Shown here: one piece after another, positions 23,276-33,473 of the stretch
Layout of the letters: each line of letters starts with the position of its first letter
How positions within the stretch are numbered: position 1 is the stretch's first letter
Assembly: GCA_050176815.1 (NCBI GenBank)
Contig: JBFXHR010000003.1
Span: 49,392-113,391, forward strand
DNA length: 64,000 nucleotides
DNA from: Kiritimatiellia bacterium
Lineage (GTDB): Bacteria > Verrucomicrobiota > Kiritimatiellia > CAIQIC01 > Lenti-01
Reading direction: 5' to 3'
The notes under the pieces: model-generated
What the model was told of the DNA's origin: nothing
Database searches by the model: none
The model's input: the letters and a program-made list of their open reading frames with translations, nothing else
Made by a program: the position numbers and the translations under genes

Positions 23276-23493
23276 GGCGTATTCCTTGCGTTGAGTTGTT
23301 TTGTGTTTGTAATTCGGGGAAGCATCATAGACCGCCCCGGCGGGAAAAATCAATGAGAACCCGTGGGCGTTGGACGGCGGGCCGGCCGGCGCGCCGGAAG
23401 CGCCGGAAGGGCTTCGCGGGGAGGGGGCGGCGGCCGGAGGGGGGATCAGAATGGGCTGGATTCAAGGGGGCGGCGGCGGATACACTGCGCGAA

Positions 23494-24654
23494 ATGAACC
23501 CGAGCCAGAGCCAGCGGATCGCCATCGATGCCCGATGGGTTTTCCGGGAGTTGAGCGGCATTGGCCGCTACACGATCGAGCTGTTGCGCCAGCTGGGGGA
23601 GATGGGGGGGGCGTTCCGCTATCTGGTGCTGGTTCGCGACGCCGAGCGGAGGGCATTCATCGAACGGGCGGCGGGGCTGGGGGGGCGTGCGAATTTCGAG
23701 TTTGCGGAATTGCCGTACGGGCCGTTTTCGGCGCGGGGGCAGTTCGCGGCGGCGCGGCTGTTGCGCGAACAAGGCGTGGGCGCGTACCACTCGACGAATT
23801 TCATGGTGCCGCTGCCGGCGTTTCCGCGGCGGAAGCCGCATGCGGTGAAGTGCCTCTGCAACATCCACGACCTGATTCCGCTGGTGCATCCGGAATTCAC
23901 GCCGAAGGCGCTGAAAACGCGGTTTTTCCCCGTCTATCGGGCGCTGATGCACGAAATCGCGCGGCGGGTGGACGCGGTGGCGACGGGGAGCGAATCGGCG
24001 AAACGCGACATCGTGGGGCGGCTGGGGATTCCGGAGGATCGCATCGCGGTGGCGCCGGACGGGGTGGATGGGCGGTACGCGCCCGGCGGCGAGAAGCCAT
24101 CGGCGCGCGGCGCTTCGAAGACGGTGCTCTACGTGGGGCGGAGCGACCCGTACAAGAATCTGCCGGGGCTGGTGGAGGTCTTCGCGCGGCTGGTGCGCGA
24201 GGGCGGCGTGGATGCGCGGCTGCGGATCGTGGGCTCGCCGGACGCGCGGTATCCGGAGGCGGACGAAACGGCGCGGCGGCGGGGGGTGGCGGATCGCGTC
24301 GAGTGGTCGGGCTATTTGGACGACGCGGGGCTGGTGAAGGCGTACCAGGATGCGGATGCGCTGGCGCTGCTGTCGCGCTACGAGGGATTCGGCCTGCCGG
24401 TGCTGGAAGCCATGGCGTGCGGGACGCCGGTGGTTTGTTCAAACGCGGCGAGCCTGCCGGAAGTGGCGGGCGACGCGGCGCGCATCGTGGCGCCGGACGA
24501 CGTTGCCGGGGCGGCGGCCGCGCTGAAGGAAATTTTGACGGATCCGGCGGAAGCGGCTCGGCTGCGCGCGGCGGGCCTTTCGCAGGCCAAACGGTTCTCG
24601 TGGCGGGCGGCGGCCGAGTCCGTCCTGCGCCTCTACGGGGAGCTGGCGCCATGA
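23494..24654 (+). CDS. Glycosyltransferase family 4 (GT-B, RfaG-like)
   Basis: C-terminal EX7E-type region LLSRYEGFGLPVLEAMACGTPVVCSNAASLPEVAGDAA. N-terminal GT4 acceptor domain. Confidence 0.8.
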   Translation: MNPSQSQRIAIDARWVFRELSGIGRYTIELLRQLGEMGGAFRYLVLVRDAERRAFIERAAGLGGRANFEFAELPYGPFSARGQFAAARLLREQGVGAYHSTNFMVPLPAFPRRKPHAVKCLCNIHDLIPLVHPEFTPKALKTRFFPVYRALMHEIARRVDAVATGSESAKRDIVGRLGIPEDRIAVAPDGVDGRYAPGGEKPSARGASKTVLYVGRSDPYKNLPGLVEVFARLVREGGVDARLRIVGSPDARYPEADETARRRGVADRVEWSGYLDDAGLVKAYQDADALALLSRYEGFGLPVLEAMACGTPVVCSNAASLPEVAGDAARIVAPDDVAGAAAALKEILTDPAEAARLRAAGLSQAKRFSWRAAAESVLRLYGELAP

Positions 24655-25760
24655 GCCGCGAGCGGAAGGTGGCGCTGGCGCACGACTGGCTCAACGGCAT
24701 GCGCGGCGGCGAACGGTGCCTCGATTGGATCTGCAGGGAATTCCCGCAGGCGGAGCTCTACACGCTGTTGTACCGGCCGGAGCTGGTGTCGGAGGCGATC
24801 CGGAGCCGCCGGGTGCATGTCTCGGGGTTGCAGCGCGTGCCGGGATTCCGCGAGCACTACCGCTGGTTCCTGCCGCTGTTTCCGGCGGCGATCGAATCGT
24901 TCCGGGTGCCGGAGGGGACGGATCTGGTGCTGAGCACGAGCCACTGCGTGGCGAAGGGGATCGTGCCGCCGAAAGGGGCGAAGCACCTGTGCTACTGCTT
25001 CACGCCGATGCGCTACGCGTGGTCGCTGCAGGAGGACTATTTCGGGCGGAACCGGTGGAAGCGCGCGGCGCTGGATCTGGCGCTCGGTCGATTGAGGAAA
25101 TGGGACCGCGCGGCCAGCGCGCGGGTGGACCGGTTCGTGGCGATCAGCCGGCACGTGCAGGCGCGGATCGAGACGTTCTACGGGCGCGAGGCGGCGGTGG
25201 TCTATCCGCCGGTGGCGACGGGGTTCTTCACGCCGGACGCGCGCGGCGGACACGACGGATACGATTTGGTCGTTTCCGCGCTGGTGCCCTACAAGCGGGT
25301 GGATTTGGCGGTGCGGGCGTATTCGCGGACGGGGTTCCCGCTGAAGATCGCGGGGGTGGGCACGGAGATGGACGCGCTGAAAAGGGCGGCGGGGCCGAAC
25401 GTGGAATTTCTCGGGCGCGTGCCGGACGAGGGGATTCGCGACCTGTACCGACGCTGCCGGTTTCTGGTATTTCCGGGGGAGGAGGATTTCGGAATCGTGC
25501 CGCTGGAGGCGCAGGCGTGCGGAAAGCCCGTGTTGGCGTACGGCAAGGGGGGGCTGCTGGAAACGGTGGTGGACGGACGGACCGGCGTCTTTTTCGGCGA
25601 GCAGACGGAGGACGACTTGCTGGCGGCCGTTGCGCGCGCGGAGAAGGCGGAATGGGACGCGGCGGCGATCCGCGCCCATGCGGAGCAATTCGGCGAGGAG
25701 CGGTTTCGGGAAGGCTTGCGCGCCGAAATCGCGCGGTTGATGGACGGGCGGGGCCGGTGA
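24651..25760 (+). CDS. Glycosyltransferase family 4 (second, translationally coupled)
   Basis: FLVFPGEEDFGIVPLEAQACGKPVLAYGKGGLLETVVDGRTGVFF. ATGA overlap with the upstream GT4 gene. Confidence 0.8.
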   Translation: MSRERKVALAHDWLNGMRGGERCLDWICREFPQAELYTLLYRPELVSEAIRSRRVHVSGLQRVPGFREHYRWFLPLFPAAIESFRVPEGTDLVLSTSHCVAKGIVPPKGAKHLCYCFTPMRYAWSLQEDYFGRNRWKRAALDLALGRLRKWDRAASARVDRFVAISRHVQARIETFYGREAAVVYPPVATGFFTPDARGGHDGYDLVVSALVPYKRVDLAVRAYSRTGFPLKIAGVGTEMDALKRAAGPNVEFLGRVPDEGIRDLYRRCRFLVFPGEEDFGIVPLEAQACGKPVLAYGKGGLLETVVDGRTGVFFGEQTEDDLLAAVARAEKAEWDAAAIRAHAEQFGEERFREGLRAEIARLMDGRGR

Positions 25761-26458
25761 ACGAACCGCCGCCCGTTGCCGTTTCGCCCCCTCCGGTCCC
25801 GGCCGTTCCGGAACCGGCGCGCCTGCTGCAAATCTCCCGGGGATTTTCCTGCCTGTTCTGGAGCATGCCGCTGATGTCCGCCGCCCATGCGCTGGCGCTG
25901 GTTGCCTTCTTGCCGCCGCGCTGGACCGTCGGAATCCTGCTAGGGAGCTTTCTGCCGCTGGTCTGCGGCCTGTGGATGCTGGGGCGCGGCGGACATCCGG
26001 CGTTCCGAGGGGGGGGGCGGATGGACTTCGCGGTCTTGATGGCGGCGGCGGCGATCGGCCTGTCGCCCTTTTTGGCGTGGTGGGCGGCGGCGCCGGAGCG
26101 GATGTATTTCGCGGCCAACGCGGCCCTGCATTATCTGGCAACGATCGGCTTGCTGGCGGGGTTGAACGGGTTGTCGGGGGCGTGCGCGCGCGGGCTGGGC
26201 GACCGGTCGCTGAAGCGGGAATCGCTGGCGGGGTTGGCCATGGTGCTGTGGCTGAGCGGCTGCACGGTGGGGGCCTTGGCGTGGCTGTTCCACCGGTCGG
26301 GGATCTTGGAGGCCGGCCTGGCGACGGTTCTGCTGCATTTGTCGCGCTTGCCGAGCGAGGCGCGAACCCTGTTCATGCTGCCCTACGCCATGACCGCCTA
26401 CGTGGCGTGGCGGGCCAAGGAAACGGTCTTGCGGCGCGCCATCCCGTCCGCGTCCTGA
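25757..26458 (+). CDS. Hypothetical polytopic membrane protein (about six TM helices)
   Basis: Hydrophobic helices throughout. A GTG start overlapping the GT4 stop is inferred; an internal ATG (MPLMSAAH) is the alternative start. No motif recognised. Confidence 0.4.
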   Translation: MNEPPPVAVSPPPVPAVPEPARLLQISRGFSCLFWSMPLMSAAHALALVAFLPPRWTVGILLGSFLPLVCGLWMLGRGGHPAFRGGGRMDFAVLMAAAAIGLSPFLAWWAAAPERMYFAANAALHYLATIGLLAGLNGLSGACARGLGDRSLKRESLAGLAMVLWLSGCTVGALAWLFHRSGILEAGLATVLLHLSRLPSEARTLFMLPYAMTAYVAWRAKETVLRRAIPSAS

Positions 26459-26464
26459 CGGGAA

Positions 26465-28798
26465 TCATTCCCAGGGGAATTTTTTGGATTCGTCTTTCGC
26501 GGCCGGCGGGTCGGCCGGTTCCGGCGGCGGGGCCGCGTGGGACTGGATTTCCGCCTGGAGGGCGAGGGCGTCGGGATCGTTGGGCATGGCGGCCAGATAG
26601 AGTTCGAGGGGGCGTTGCGCGCGGGCGTATTGCTTGAGGCGGACGAGGGCGTCGGCCCATTTCAGGAAGCGTTCATAGCGATAGGGGGCGATTCTCCCGG
26701 ATTCCTCGTAGTAGCGGGTGGCGACGTCCCAATCGCTCTTGGGCCGGTCCGGAGGCTGGGCCGGCCAACCCCGCAGGCAGTAGAGAGAGGCGATTTCTTC
26801 GCGCAACAGGGGATTCCGCGGGTTCCGCTCGATAGCCGTTTCGAGCAACTCGAAGGCTTGGTCGCTTTGGTCCAAATGGAAGAGGGCTTTCGCCATGGCG
26901 ATGTGGGCGCCGGAATTCCACGGATCGCGCTCCAAGGCGTATTCGAGCCAAGGGGCGGCGTCGGCGTAGTTCCGGGATTCGATGAACTGCTGGCCGATGG
27001 CGAGGGTCCATTCGACGTCGTAGTAGCCGCAATCCTCGCCGGGCGCGCGGAGGAGGGCGATGCCGTCCTGGGCGCGTTGCCCCTGCCGGGCGCGGGTCAA
27101 GGCCAGAAGGGCGCGGACGTCGAAGCGATGGGGCCAGCATTCATGGGCGGCCCATGCGGCGGTTTCCGCGCCGGCGGGATCGCCGGCCAGGAGGAGATAC
27201 CAGGCGACGCGGGCCGCCAGCCAGGCGTCGGCGGGCCGGTCTTTCCGCCGTTGCGCGAACGTGGCGCGGGTGTTTTCCCGGGAAGAAGCCGCGACGCGGG
27301 CATCCCAGATCTGCTTTTCTTCGGCGAGCCTCGCGACGGTGGCGGGGTTGGTCAGTTGCCGCCGGAAGGGGGGGTGGATTTGCCGGGCGATGAGGGCGGC
27401 CAGAACGTCGGCGGATCCCCACGGATGATAGAGCAGTTCGCTGGCCATTTCTTCGGGGGGGGGGAGGGTTCCGGTCGGTTCGGGATCGAAGGCGCGGAGT
27501 TCTTCCAGTCGCCGCAGGATCGACTGGGCCAGCAGATGGTTGCCGCCAAACGTGAAGTGGACGTGGTCGAGGAACCATTCCCGGCCGGGGATGCCGTGGG
27601 GCGATTGGCCGGCGAAGAGCGCTTCGGCGTCGAGCAGGGAGGCGGAGGCGTCTGCGGCGCATTCGCGGATGATGGCGTTGATGGTGGAGTCCGCGCGCAG
27701 GCGAAGGGCGTCGGCGTCGCGGGCGCGGGAAAAGAGCGCGGCGGCCTCGGCGTCGCGGCCGTCCTGGAGTTCCAGGCGCGCGGCGCGGAAGAGGGCTTCG
27801 GCGTGGGTGGGATGGCGCCGGATGGAGTCGGCATATAGGCGGGCGGCCTCGGTCCGGTTGGAGGCGGTTTCGGCGGCGACGGCCTCCCGCAGGAGTTCGC
27901 GGACCTCCTGGGCGGCCGTTTCGTCATCCAAAAAGCTGGTGGAAAACGGGGCGCAATCGCGCTGGTTGACGGGGACGGTGCAGACGACGACTGCGGGCGA
28001 GGTCTGGGCGGCCGCGGCGAGAATGGCGTCGAGGTTGTGGCGGAAGGAGCGGTAGGCGGTTTTCAGGCGCGGATCATCCGGCGCCATTCGTCCCCGCAGG
28101 GAGATCGGTTCCTGGCTCCGCCAGGCGTTGAGATCGTCCCGGGCGGGCGCGAGCCGGCGGACGGCGGCGATGCACAGCTGGGAAATCCGGGTGCGCGAGA
28201 ACAGCGTCATCCAGCGGGCGGTGCGCGGTCCGAAGCAAAACCGTCCCAGGCTGGACGCGGGGCCGTAGGGGCCCGCGATTTCTTCGTTTCCGGTCAAGAC
28301 CACCACGGCGTGGGGGGCGAGGCGTTGCAGCTCGCGGGCGGCTTCGCGCAAGGCGTGCGAATTGCCGCCCTCGAACGCCATGCGGACGACTTCGACCGGA
28401 TGCCCCGGATAGCGGCGTTCGAGCATGATTTCCAGTTGCCGGCCCGCGCCGAAGGAGGGATCGGGGTCGCCGAGGGCGGAAGAGCCGCCCAACAGGCAGA
28501 CGCGCAGGGCGTCCTCCGCCGGCGTTTTGAGGGCGACGATGGGCGGAGGGGCCTTGGCGGTCCGGATGGAGAAGAATCGGTATGGGAAAAATTGGTTGTC
28601 GATCCAGGCCGGTTGGCCGTTGGATTCGCCTTCCACCAGGAACCGGGTGGGGCGGACGGGGGCAATGCGGCTGGCCGCCAGTTCCAGCAGGACCAAGGCG
28701 ACCGCCAGAATGGAGAGGGCGATCGCGAGCCGGCGGATCACGCGGGCGGCGAACGCCAGCCCCGGCGGAAGATCGAGCGATGGGAAGGACGGTTTCAT
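26465..28798 (-). CDS. Membrane-anchored protein with SGNH/GDSL-like domain (tentative) and C-terminal TPR repeats
   Basis: Single N-terminal TM helix (IALSILAVALVLLELAA). Central region LLGGSSALGD...VVVLTGNEE...VVCTVPVN is reminiscent of an SGNH fold. The C-terminal ~300 aa are helical TPR-like repeats. Confidence 0.45.
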   Translation of the reverse strand: MKPSFPSLDLPPGLAFAARVIRRLAIALSILAVALVLLELAASRIAPVRPTRFLVEGESNGQPAWIDNQFFPYRFFSIRTAKAPPPIVALKTPAEDALRVCLLGGSSALGDPDPSFGAGRQLEIMLERRYPGHPVEVVRMAFEGGNSHALREAARELQRLAPHAVVVLTGNEEIAGPYGPASSLGRFCFGPRTARWMTLFSRTRISQLCIAAVRRLAPARDDLNAWRSQEPISLRGRMAPDDPRLKTAYRSFRHNLDAILAAAAQTSPAVVVCTVPVNQRDCAPFSTSFLDDETAAQEVRELLREAVAAETASNRTEAARLYADSIRRHPTHAEALFRAARLELQDGRDAEAAALFSRARDADALRLRADSTINAIIRECAADASASLLDAEALFAGQSPHGIPGREWFLDHVHFTFGGNHLLAQSILRRLEELRAFDPEPTGTLPPPEEMASELLYHPWGSADVLAALIARQIHPPFRRQLTNPATVARLAEEKQIWDARVAASSRENTRATFAQRRKDRPADAWLAARVAWYLLLAGDPAGAETAAWAAHECWPHRFDVRALLALTRARQGQRAQDGIALLRAPGEDCGYYDVEWTLAIGQQFIESRNYADAAPWLEYALERDPWNSGAHIAMAKALFHLDQSDQAFELLETAIERNPRNPLLREEIASLYCLRGWPAQPPDRPKSDWDVATRYYEESGRIAPYRYERFLKWADALVRLKQYARAQRPLELYLAAMPNDPDALALQAEIQSHAAPPPEPADPPAAKDESKKFPWE

Positions 28799-28893
28799 GC
28801 AATGCCAGAGTCGACTATAGGGGAGGGCGGAGCCTCTTGTAAAGGACGGGGCGCGGCCGCCGCCGGAAAAATGGGTCGGCGGCGGGATCGGAC

Positions 28894-30648
28894 TTGCGAT
28901 TGGGAGCGGGTTGGCGCCATTATCCGATGCGGAAACGCGCGGATATGCCGGACAAGGAATTCATACAGCGGAAGAATGAACCCGCCCAGATCCCGTGGGA
29001 CGTTTTGATGTCGGGCGAGGAGCTGCTCCAGATGGCGATCCGGGATCCGCTGACGGGGCTGCTGAATCGGCGCGCCTTCGACGAAGAGCTGCGCTGGATC
29101 TGGAACCAGGGGCGCGAGCAGCCGTTTCCCGTCGGGCTGCTGGTCATCGACATCGACCATTTCAAGGCCGTGAACGATTCCTACGGCCACGTCGTCGGGG
29201 ACCAGGTGCTGAAAGAATGCGCCGCGCTGGTGAAGGCGAGCGTCCGGGAGGGCGACGTCGTGTGCCGCTATTACGGCGGCGACGAGATGGTGGTGATTCT
29301 TCCCCGGGCCGACGAGGCCGAAACGCGCCGGATCGCCGGGCGGATGGTGGAGCGGTTTCGCGAAGCCGTCCTGTGCAAGGACACCTACGAGTTGCGGGCC
29401 ACCATTTCGGTCGGCGCCAGCACCATGATGGCCGGGCCCGGATCCAGCGCGGAAACGTTCCTCATCCAGGCGGACCGGGCGCTTTACCGGGCGAAACAGA
29501 CCGGACGCAACAAGATCTGCTTCGCGGAGGAAGCGCCGCCGCCGGCCGATCCCGCCCGCGAATCGTCGGTCCCGGCCGCTCCCGCCGGGTTGGCGGATCC
29601 CAAGCGCGTCGTGCTGGTGGTGGACGACGACCATGCCATGTGCCTGCTCTTCCAGCGCATTCTGTCCCGCGAAAAATTCGGCGTGCTGCTTGCGGAGACG
29701 GGGCCGGCCGCCCTGGAGACCGCGAACCGGGAGCGCGGCATGATCGACGTGGCGCTGGTGGATCTCCACCTCGGGACCGAGAACGGGCTCGACCTGCTCA
29801 AGAAGCTGCGGGGCGTCGACGAATCCATCATCGGGATCGTCATCACCGGCCAGGCCACGCTGGAAAACGTGGTGGCCTCCCTCCAGCAGGGCGCCTACGA
29901 TTTCGTGCAGAAGCCGGTCGCGCCCCGGCAGCTGACCGCCGTGCTGGAGCGCGCGATCAAATACCGGCGCCTCGTGCTGGAAAACAAGCGCTACCGGCAA
30001 CATCTGGAGGACATGGTCCGCGAGAAAAACGCCGCGCTTTCCCGCGCGCTCGACCAGGTGACCGATTCCTACCAGTTCACCCTCGAAGCCATGGCCGACA
30101 TGCTCGACGCGCGCGAGAAGAAGACCGGCGCGCACAGCAAGCGCGTTTCGCGCATGGCCGTCGTGCTCGCCCGCAAGATGGGCGCCTCCCTGGAGGAAAT
30201 CGAAATCATCGGCACCGGCGCGCTGCTCCACGACATCGGCAAGGTGGGGATTCCCGACGCCGTCCTGCTCAAGGAAGGTCCCCTGACGCCGGAAGAGCGC
30301 GAGGTCATGAAGGCGCATCCGCATCTCGGCTACAACGTCATCAAGGCCGGTCCGGGCCTCGAGCCCGCCTCGGAAATCGTGCTCGCGCACCAGGAGCGGT
30401 TCGACGGCACGGGCTATCCGCGCGGACTCAAGGGCGAAGCCATCTGCCTCGGCGCCCGCATCTTCGCGGTGGTGGACGCCTACGACGCCATCCGCTCCGA
30501 CCGGCCCTATTCCAAGGGACGGGGGCCGGAAGAAACGCTGGCGGAAATCGTCCGGAACGCCGGCACGCAGTTCGATCCGGCCGTGGTGGAGGCCCTGCGG
30601 AAGTGCCAGGCGGAGATCGAAGACGTCGGCCGCTGGTCCGCGCCCTGA
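28894..30648 (+). CDS. Hybrid c-di-GMP turnover protein: GGDEF diguanylate cyclase, REC receiver and HD-GYP phosphodiesterase in that order
   Basis: GGDEF domain with I-site REGD and active site YYGGDEM. REC domain (VLVVDDDHAMC...VDLHLG). HD-GYP domain with HDIGK and DGTGYPRGL. The start could be 28894, 28927 or 28944. Confidence 0.8.
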   Translation: MRLGAGWRHYPMRKRADMPDKEFIQRKNEPAQIPWDVLMSGEELLQMAIRDPLTGLLNRRAFDEELRWIWNQGREQPFPVGLLVIDIDHFKAVNDSYGHVVGDQVLKECAALVKASVREGDVVCRYYGGDEMVVILPRADEAETRRIAGRMVERFREAVLCKDTYELRATISVGASTMMAGPGSSAETFLIQADRALYRAKQTGRNKICFAEEAPPPADPARESSVPAAPAGLADPKRVVLVVDDDHAMCLLFQRILSREKFGVLLAETGPAALETANRERGMIDVALVDLHLGTENGLDLLKKLRGVDESIIGIVITGQATLENVVASLQQGAYDFVQKPVAPRQLTAVLERAIKYRRLVLENKRYRQHLEDMVREKNAALSRALDQVTDSYQFTLEAMADMLDAREKKTGAHSKRVSRMAVVLARKMGASLEEIEIIGTGALLHDIGKVGIPDAVLLKEGPLTPEEREVMKAHPHLGYNVIKAGPGLEPASEIVLAHQERFDGTGYPRGLKGEAICLGARIFAVVDAYDAIRSDRPYSKGRGPEETLAEIVRNAGTQFDPAVVEALRKCQAEIEDVGRWSAP

Positions 30649-30755
30649 ACCGCCCGTGCGCTTCCCGCCGCCGGCGTTCGGGGAATCGGCGTTTCCGGCA
30701 ACTCCCCGCTTGCCACGGACGGGGAAACGCCCCATGCTTCCAATCCGGAGCCGCC

Positions 30756-33473
30756 ATGACCGCCCGTTCGTCCAGCGATGCGCCGCTTCCGCGTCCTTCC
30801 GGGGACGCGTACGGCGTTCAGCCGATTCCTCCGCAGGAAGCCCCGGACCGGCTGCAGGCAACCCTGAACGCCCTTCCCGACATCCTGTTCGTGCTGGACC
30901 GCGGCAAGCGCATCCTCGATTTCCATGCGCCGCACCCGGAACTTCTGTACGTGCCCCCGGAACAATTTCTGGGCCGGACGATAAACAAGGTCGTGCCTTT
31001 GTCCGCCGCGGCGGTTCTGGACGAGGCGATGGAGAAGGCGCTGGCGGAAGGGAAACACCGGGGCTGCGTCTATTCCCTGCCTTCGCCCGGCGGCGAGCGC
31101 TGGTTCGAAGCCTCCATCGCGGTCCAGGGGAAACCGGCCAGCCCGGACGCGCGGCTGGTGGTCATCGTGCGCGACGTCACCGAACGCGTGCGGGTGGAGG
31201 AAGCGCTGAGGGAAAGCGAGGCGCGGTTCGACCAGAGCGCCCAGCAGAGCCGCACGGTGGTCTGGGAGGTGGATGCGGAGGGGCGGTTCACCTTCGTCAG
31301 CCACGTGGTGGAGAGCGTCTTGGGCTATCGTCCGGAAGAGCTGGTCGGCCAGCGGCATTTCTACGACCTGTATCCCGAGGAAAGCCTCGAAACGGTCCGG
31401 GCGGCGATGTTCGAGGTCTTCCGGCGGCGGGACGCCATCTGCAATTACGAATCCTTGGCCCGGACGAAGGACGGGCGGTCCGTCTGGGTGGTCAGCAACG
31501 GGATTCCCCGGCTGAACGCCGACGGCACGCTGCGCGGCTACCGCGGCAGCAACATGGATATCACCGAGCGCAAGCGGGCGGAGGAGGCGCTGCGGGAAAG
31601 CGAGGAGCGGGCCCGGGCGATCCACGACAACCTGCCGGACGGCCTCGTGTATCAAATCGACTCCGGCGGGGATGGGCAGCAGCGCCGTTTTTCGTTCGTC
31701 AGCAAAGGGGTCGAGCGGCTGCATGGGATCACGGCGGACGAAGCGGCGCGGGATGCCGGGCTCATCTACGGACAGGTCCTCGAAGAGGACCGGCCGAAAG
31801 TGGCCGAACAGGAAGTCCGCGCGGTTGCGACGATGACGCCCCTCCGCGTGGAAGTGCGCCGCCGGCTGCCGTCGGGCGAGATCCGGTGGAGCCTCTTCAT
31901 GTCGGCGCCGCGGCGGATGCCGAATGGCCATCTGGTCTGGGACGGCGTTGAACTGGACGTCACCGAGCGCAAGCGGGCGGAAGAGGCGCTGCGGGAGTCG
32001 GAAACGAAGTACCGGCGGCTGCACGAGACCATGCGGGATGCGTTCGTCAGCGCGGACATGGAGGGCCGCATTCTGGAAAACAATGCGGCCTTCCAGGTCC
32101 TGACGGGTTATTTCGGGAACGAACTCCTCGGGATGCGCTATCAGGATCTCACGCCGGAGAAATGGCGCGCCGCCGAGGCGAAGATCGTGGCCGAACAGGT
32201 TTTGCCGCGCGGATATTCCGACGTGTACCAGAAGGAATACGTCCGCAAGGACGGCACGACCGTTCCGGTCGAGCTGCGCACGATCCTGATCCGCGACGAG
32301 GCGGGCCGGCCAACCGGCATGTGGGCTTCGATCCGCAACGTCACCGCGCGCCTGCGGGTCGAACGCGCCCTGAAGCAGGCCACCGTCGAACTGGATCGGC
32401 GGGTGAAGGAGCGCACGGCCGATCTGGAGGCGTCGCGGCAGGCGCTGGCGAAAAGCGAGGCGCAATTCCGGGAAATGGCGGCCAACATCCAGGACGTGTT
32501 TTGGCTGATCGACGCCAAGACGGGCCGGGCGTTGTACGTCAGTCCGGCCTTCGAGATCATCTGGGGGCGTTCTCCCCAGAAGGAAAACCCGAGTGTGCTC
32601 ACGTGGGCCGCGAGCCTGCATCCCGACGATCGGAACCGCGCGCTGCAGGCCTTCCGGCAAGGGCTGGCGGTCGGCCGGTACGAAAAGCTCGACGTCCGGG
32701 TGGTGCGTCCGGACGGATCGATCCGCTGGATCGAGGTGAGCGGCTGGATCGTCCGGACCGCGCCGGGAGAATCTCGCCGCATCGCAGGCGTGATGCGCGA
32801 CATCACGGACCGGAGGCGGCTCGAGGCGGAAATCCTGGCGGCCGCCGAAACGGAACGGCTGCGGATCGGGCGCGATCTGCACGACGGTTTGGGGCAGGCG
32901 CTGACGGGCATCGGCTACATGGCCGAGGCGGTGCGCGAAGACCTGGCGCGCCGATCGCTGCCGGAGGCCGCCGACGTCGGGAAACTGGCGGAGCTGATCG
33001 AAAAGACGGCGGCCCATGCGCACGCCCTGGCGCGGGGATTGCTGCTGGTGGAACTCAAGCGGTACGGCCTCGGCTCCGCGCTCCGGGAATTGGCGTCCCA
33101 GACCCAGGAGCTTTTCGGCGTGGCCTGCCGCTACGAGGGGCCCGACAACGCCGACGGGGTGGATGCGGACGTGGCGACCCATCTGTATTGCATTGCCCAG
33201 GAGGCGGCCAGCAACGCCGCCAAGCATAGCCAGGGCAAGACGATCGCCATTCGCTTGTTCCGGGAGCGCGACGGGCTTCTCTTGTCCATCCACGACACGG
33301 GCCGGGGCCTGTCCGGCGATGGGGGGAATTCTTCCGGCATGGGGATGGACATCATGCGCTATCGGGCGGGCATCATCGGCGCCGACTTTTGGATCGACAG
33401 CGAGACGGGCATGGGCACGTGCGTGAACTGCCGGCTGTCCCGCGCCGCGCCGTCCGGGGAGATTCCGCCATGA
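30756..33473 (+). CDS. Multi-PAS (about five PAS/PAC) sensor histidine kinase, NarL type (HisKA_3 + HATPase_c)
   Basis: Repeated PAS units separated by TERKRAEEALRESE linkers. H-box ERLRIGRDLHDGLGQALTG. ATPase region IAQEAASNAAKHS...DTGRGL...GMGMDIMRYRA. No TM segment, so the protein is cytoplasmic. Confidence 0.85.
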   Translation: MTARSSSDAPLPRPSGDAYGVQPIPPQEAPDRLQATLNALPDILFVLDRGKRILDFHAPHPELLYVPPEQFLGRTINKVVPLSAAAVLDEAMEKALAEGKHRGCVYSLPSPGGERWFEASIAVQGKPASPDARLVVIVRDVTERVRVEEALRESEARFDQSAQQSRTVVWEVDAEGRFTFVSHVVESVLGYRPEELVGQRHFYDLYPEESLETVRAAMFEVFRRRDAICNYESLARTKDGRSVWVVSNGIPRLNADGTLRGYRGSNMDITERKRAEEALRESEERARAIHDNLPDGLVYQIDSGGDGQQRRFSFVSKGVERLHGITADEAARDAGLIYGQVLEEDRPKVAEQEVRAVATMTPLRVEVRRRLPSGEIRWSLFMSAPRRMPNGHLVWDGVELDVTERKRAEEALRESETKYRRLHETMRDAFVSADMEGRILENNAAFQVLTGYFGNELLGMRYQDLTPEKWRAAEAKIVAEQVLPRGYSDVYQKEYVRKDGTTVPVELRTILIRDEAGRPTGMWASIRNVTARLRVERALKQATVELDRRVKERTADLEASRQALAKSEAQFREMAANIQDVFWLIDAKTGRALYVSPAFEIIWGRSPQKENPSVLTWAASLHPDDRNRALQAFRQGLAVGRYEKLDVRVVRPDGSIRWIEVSGWIVRTAPGESRRIAGVMRDITDRRRLEAEILAAAETERLRIGRDLHDGLGQALTGIGYMAEAVREDLARRSLPEAADVGKLAELIEKTAAHAHALARGLLLVELKRYGLGSALRELASQTQELFGVACRYEGPDNADGVDADVATHLYCIAQEAASNAAKHSQGKTIAIRLFRERDGLLLSIHDTGRGLSGDGGNSSGMGMDIMRYRAGIIGADFWIDSETGMGTCVNCRLSRAAPSGEIPP

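Noticed and set aside
26465-28798. Calling the N-terminal domain of the TPR protein a definite GDSL lipase
   Set aside because: The catalytic Ser block is GGSSALGD, not GDSL, and the other SGNH blocks are only weakly recognisable. It is left as a tentative assignment.
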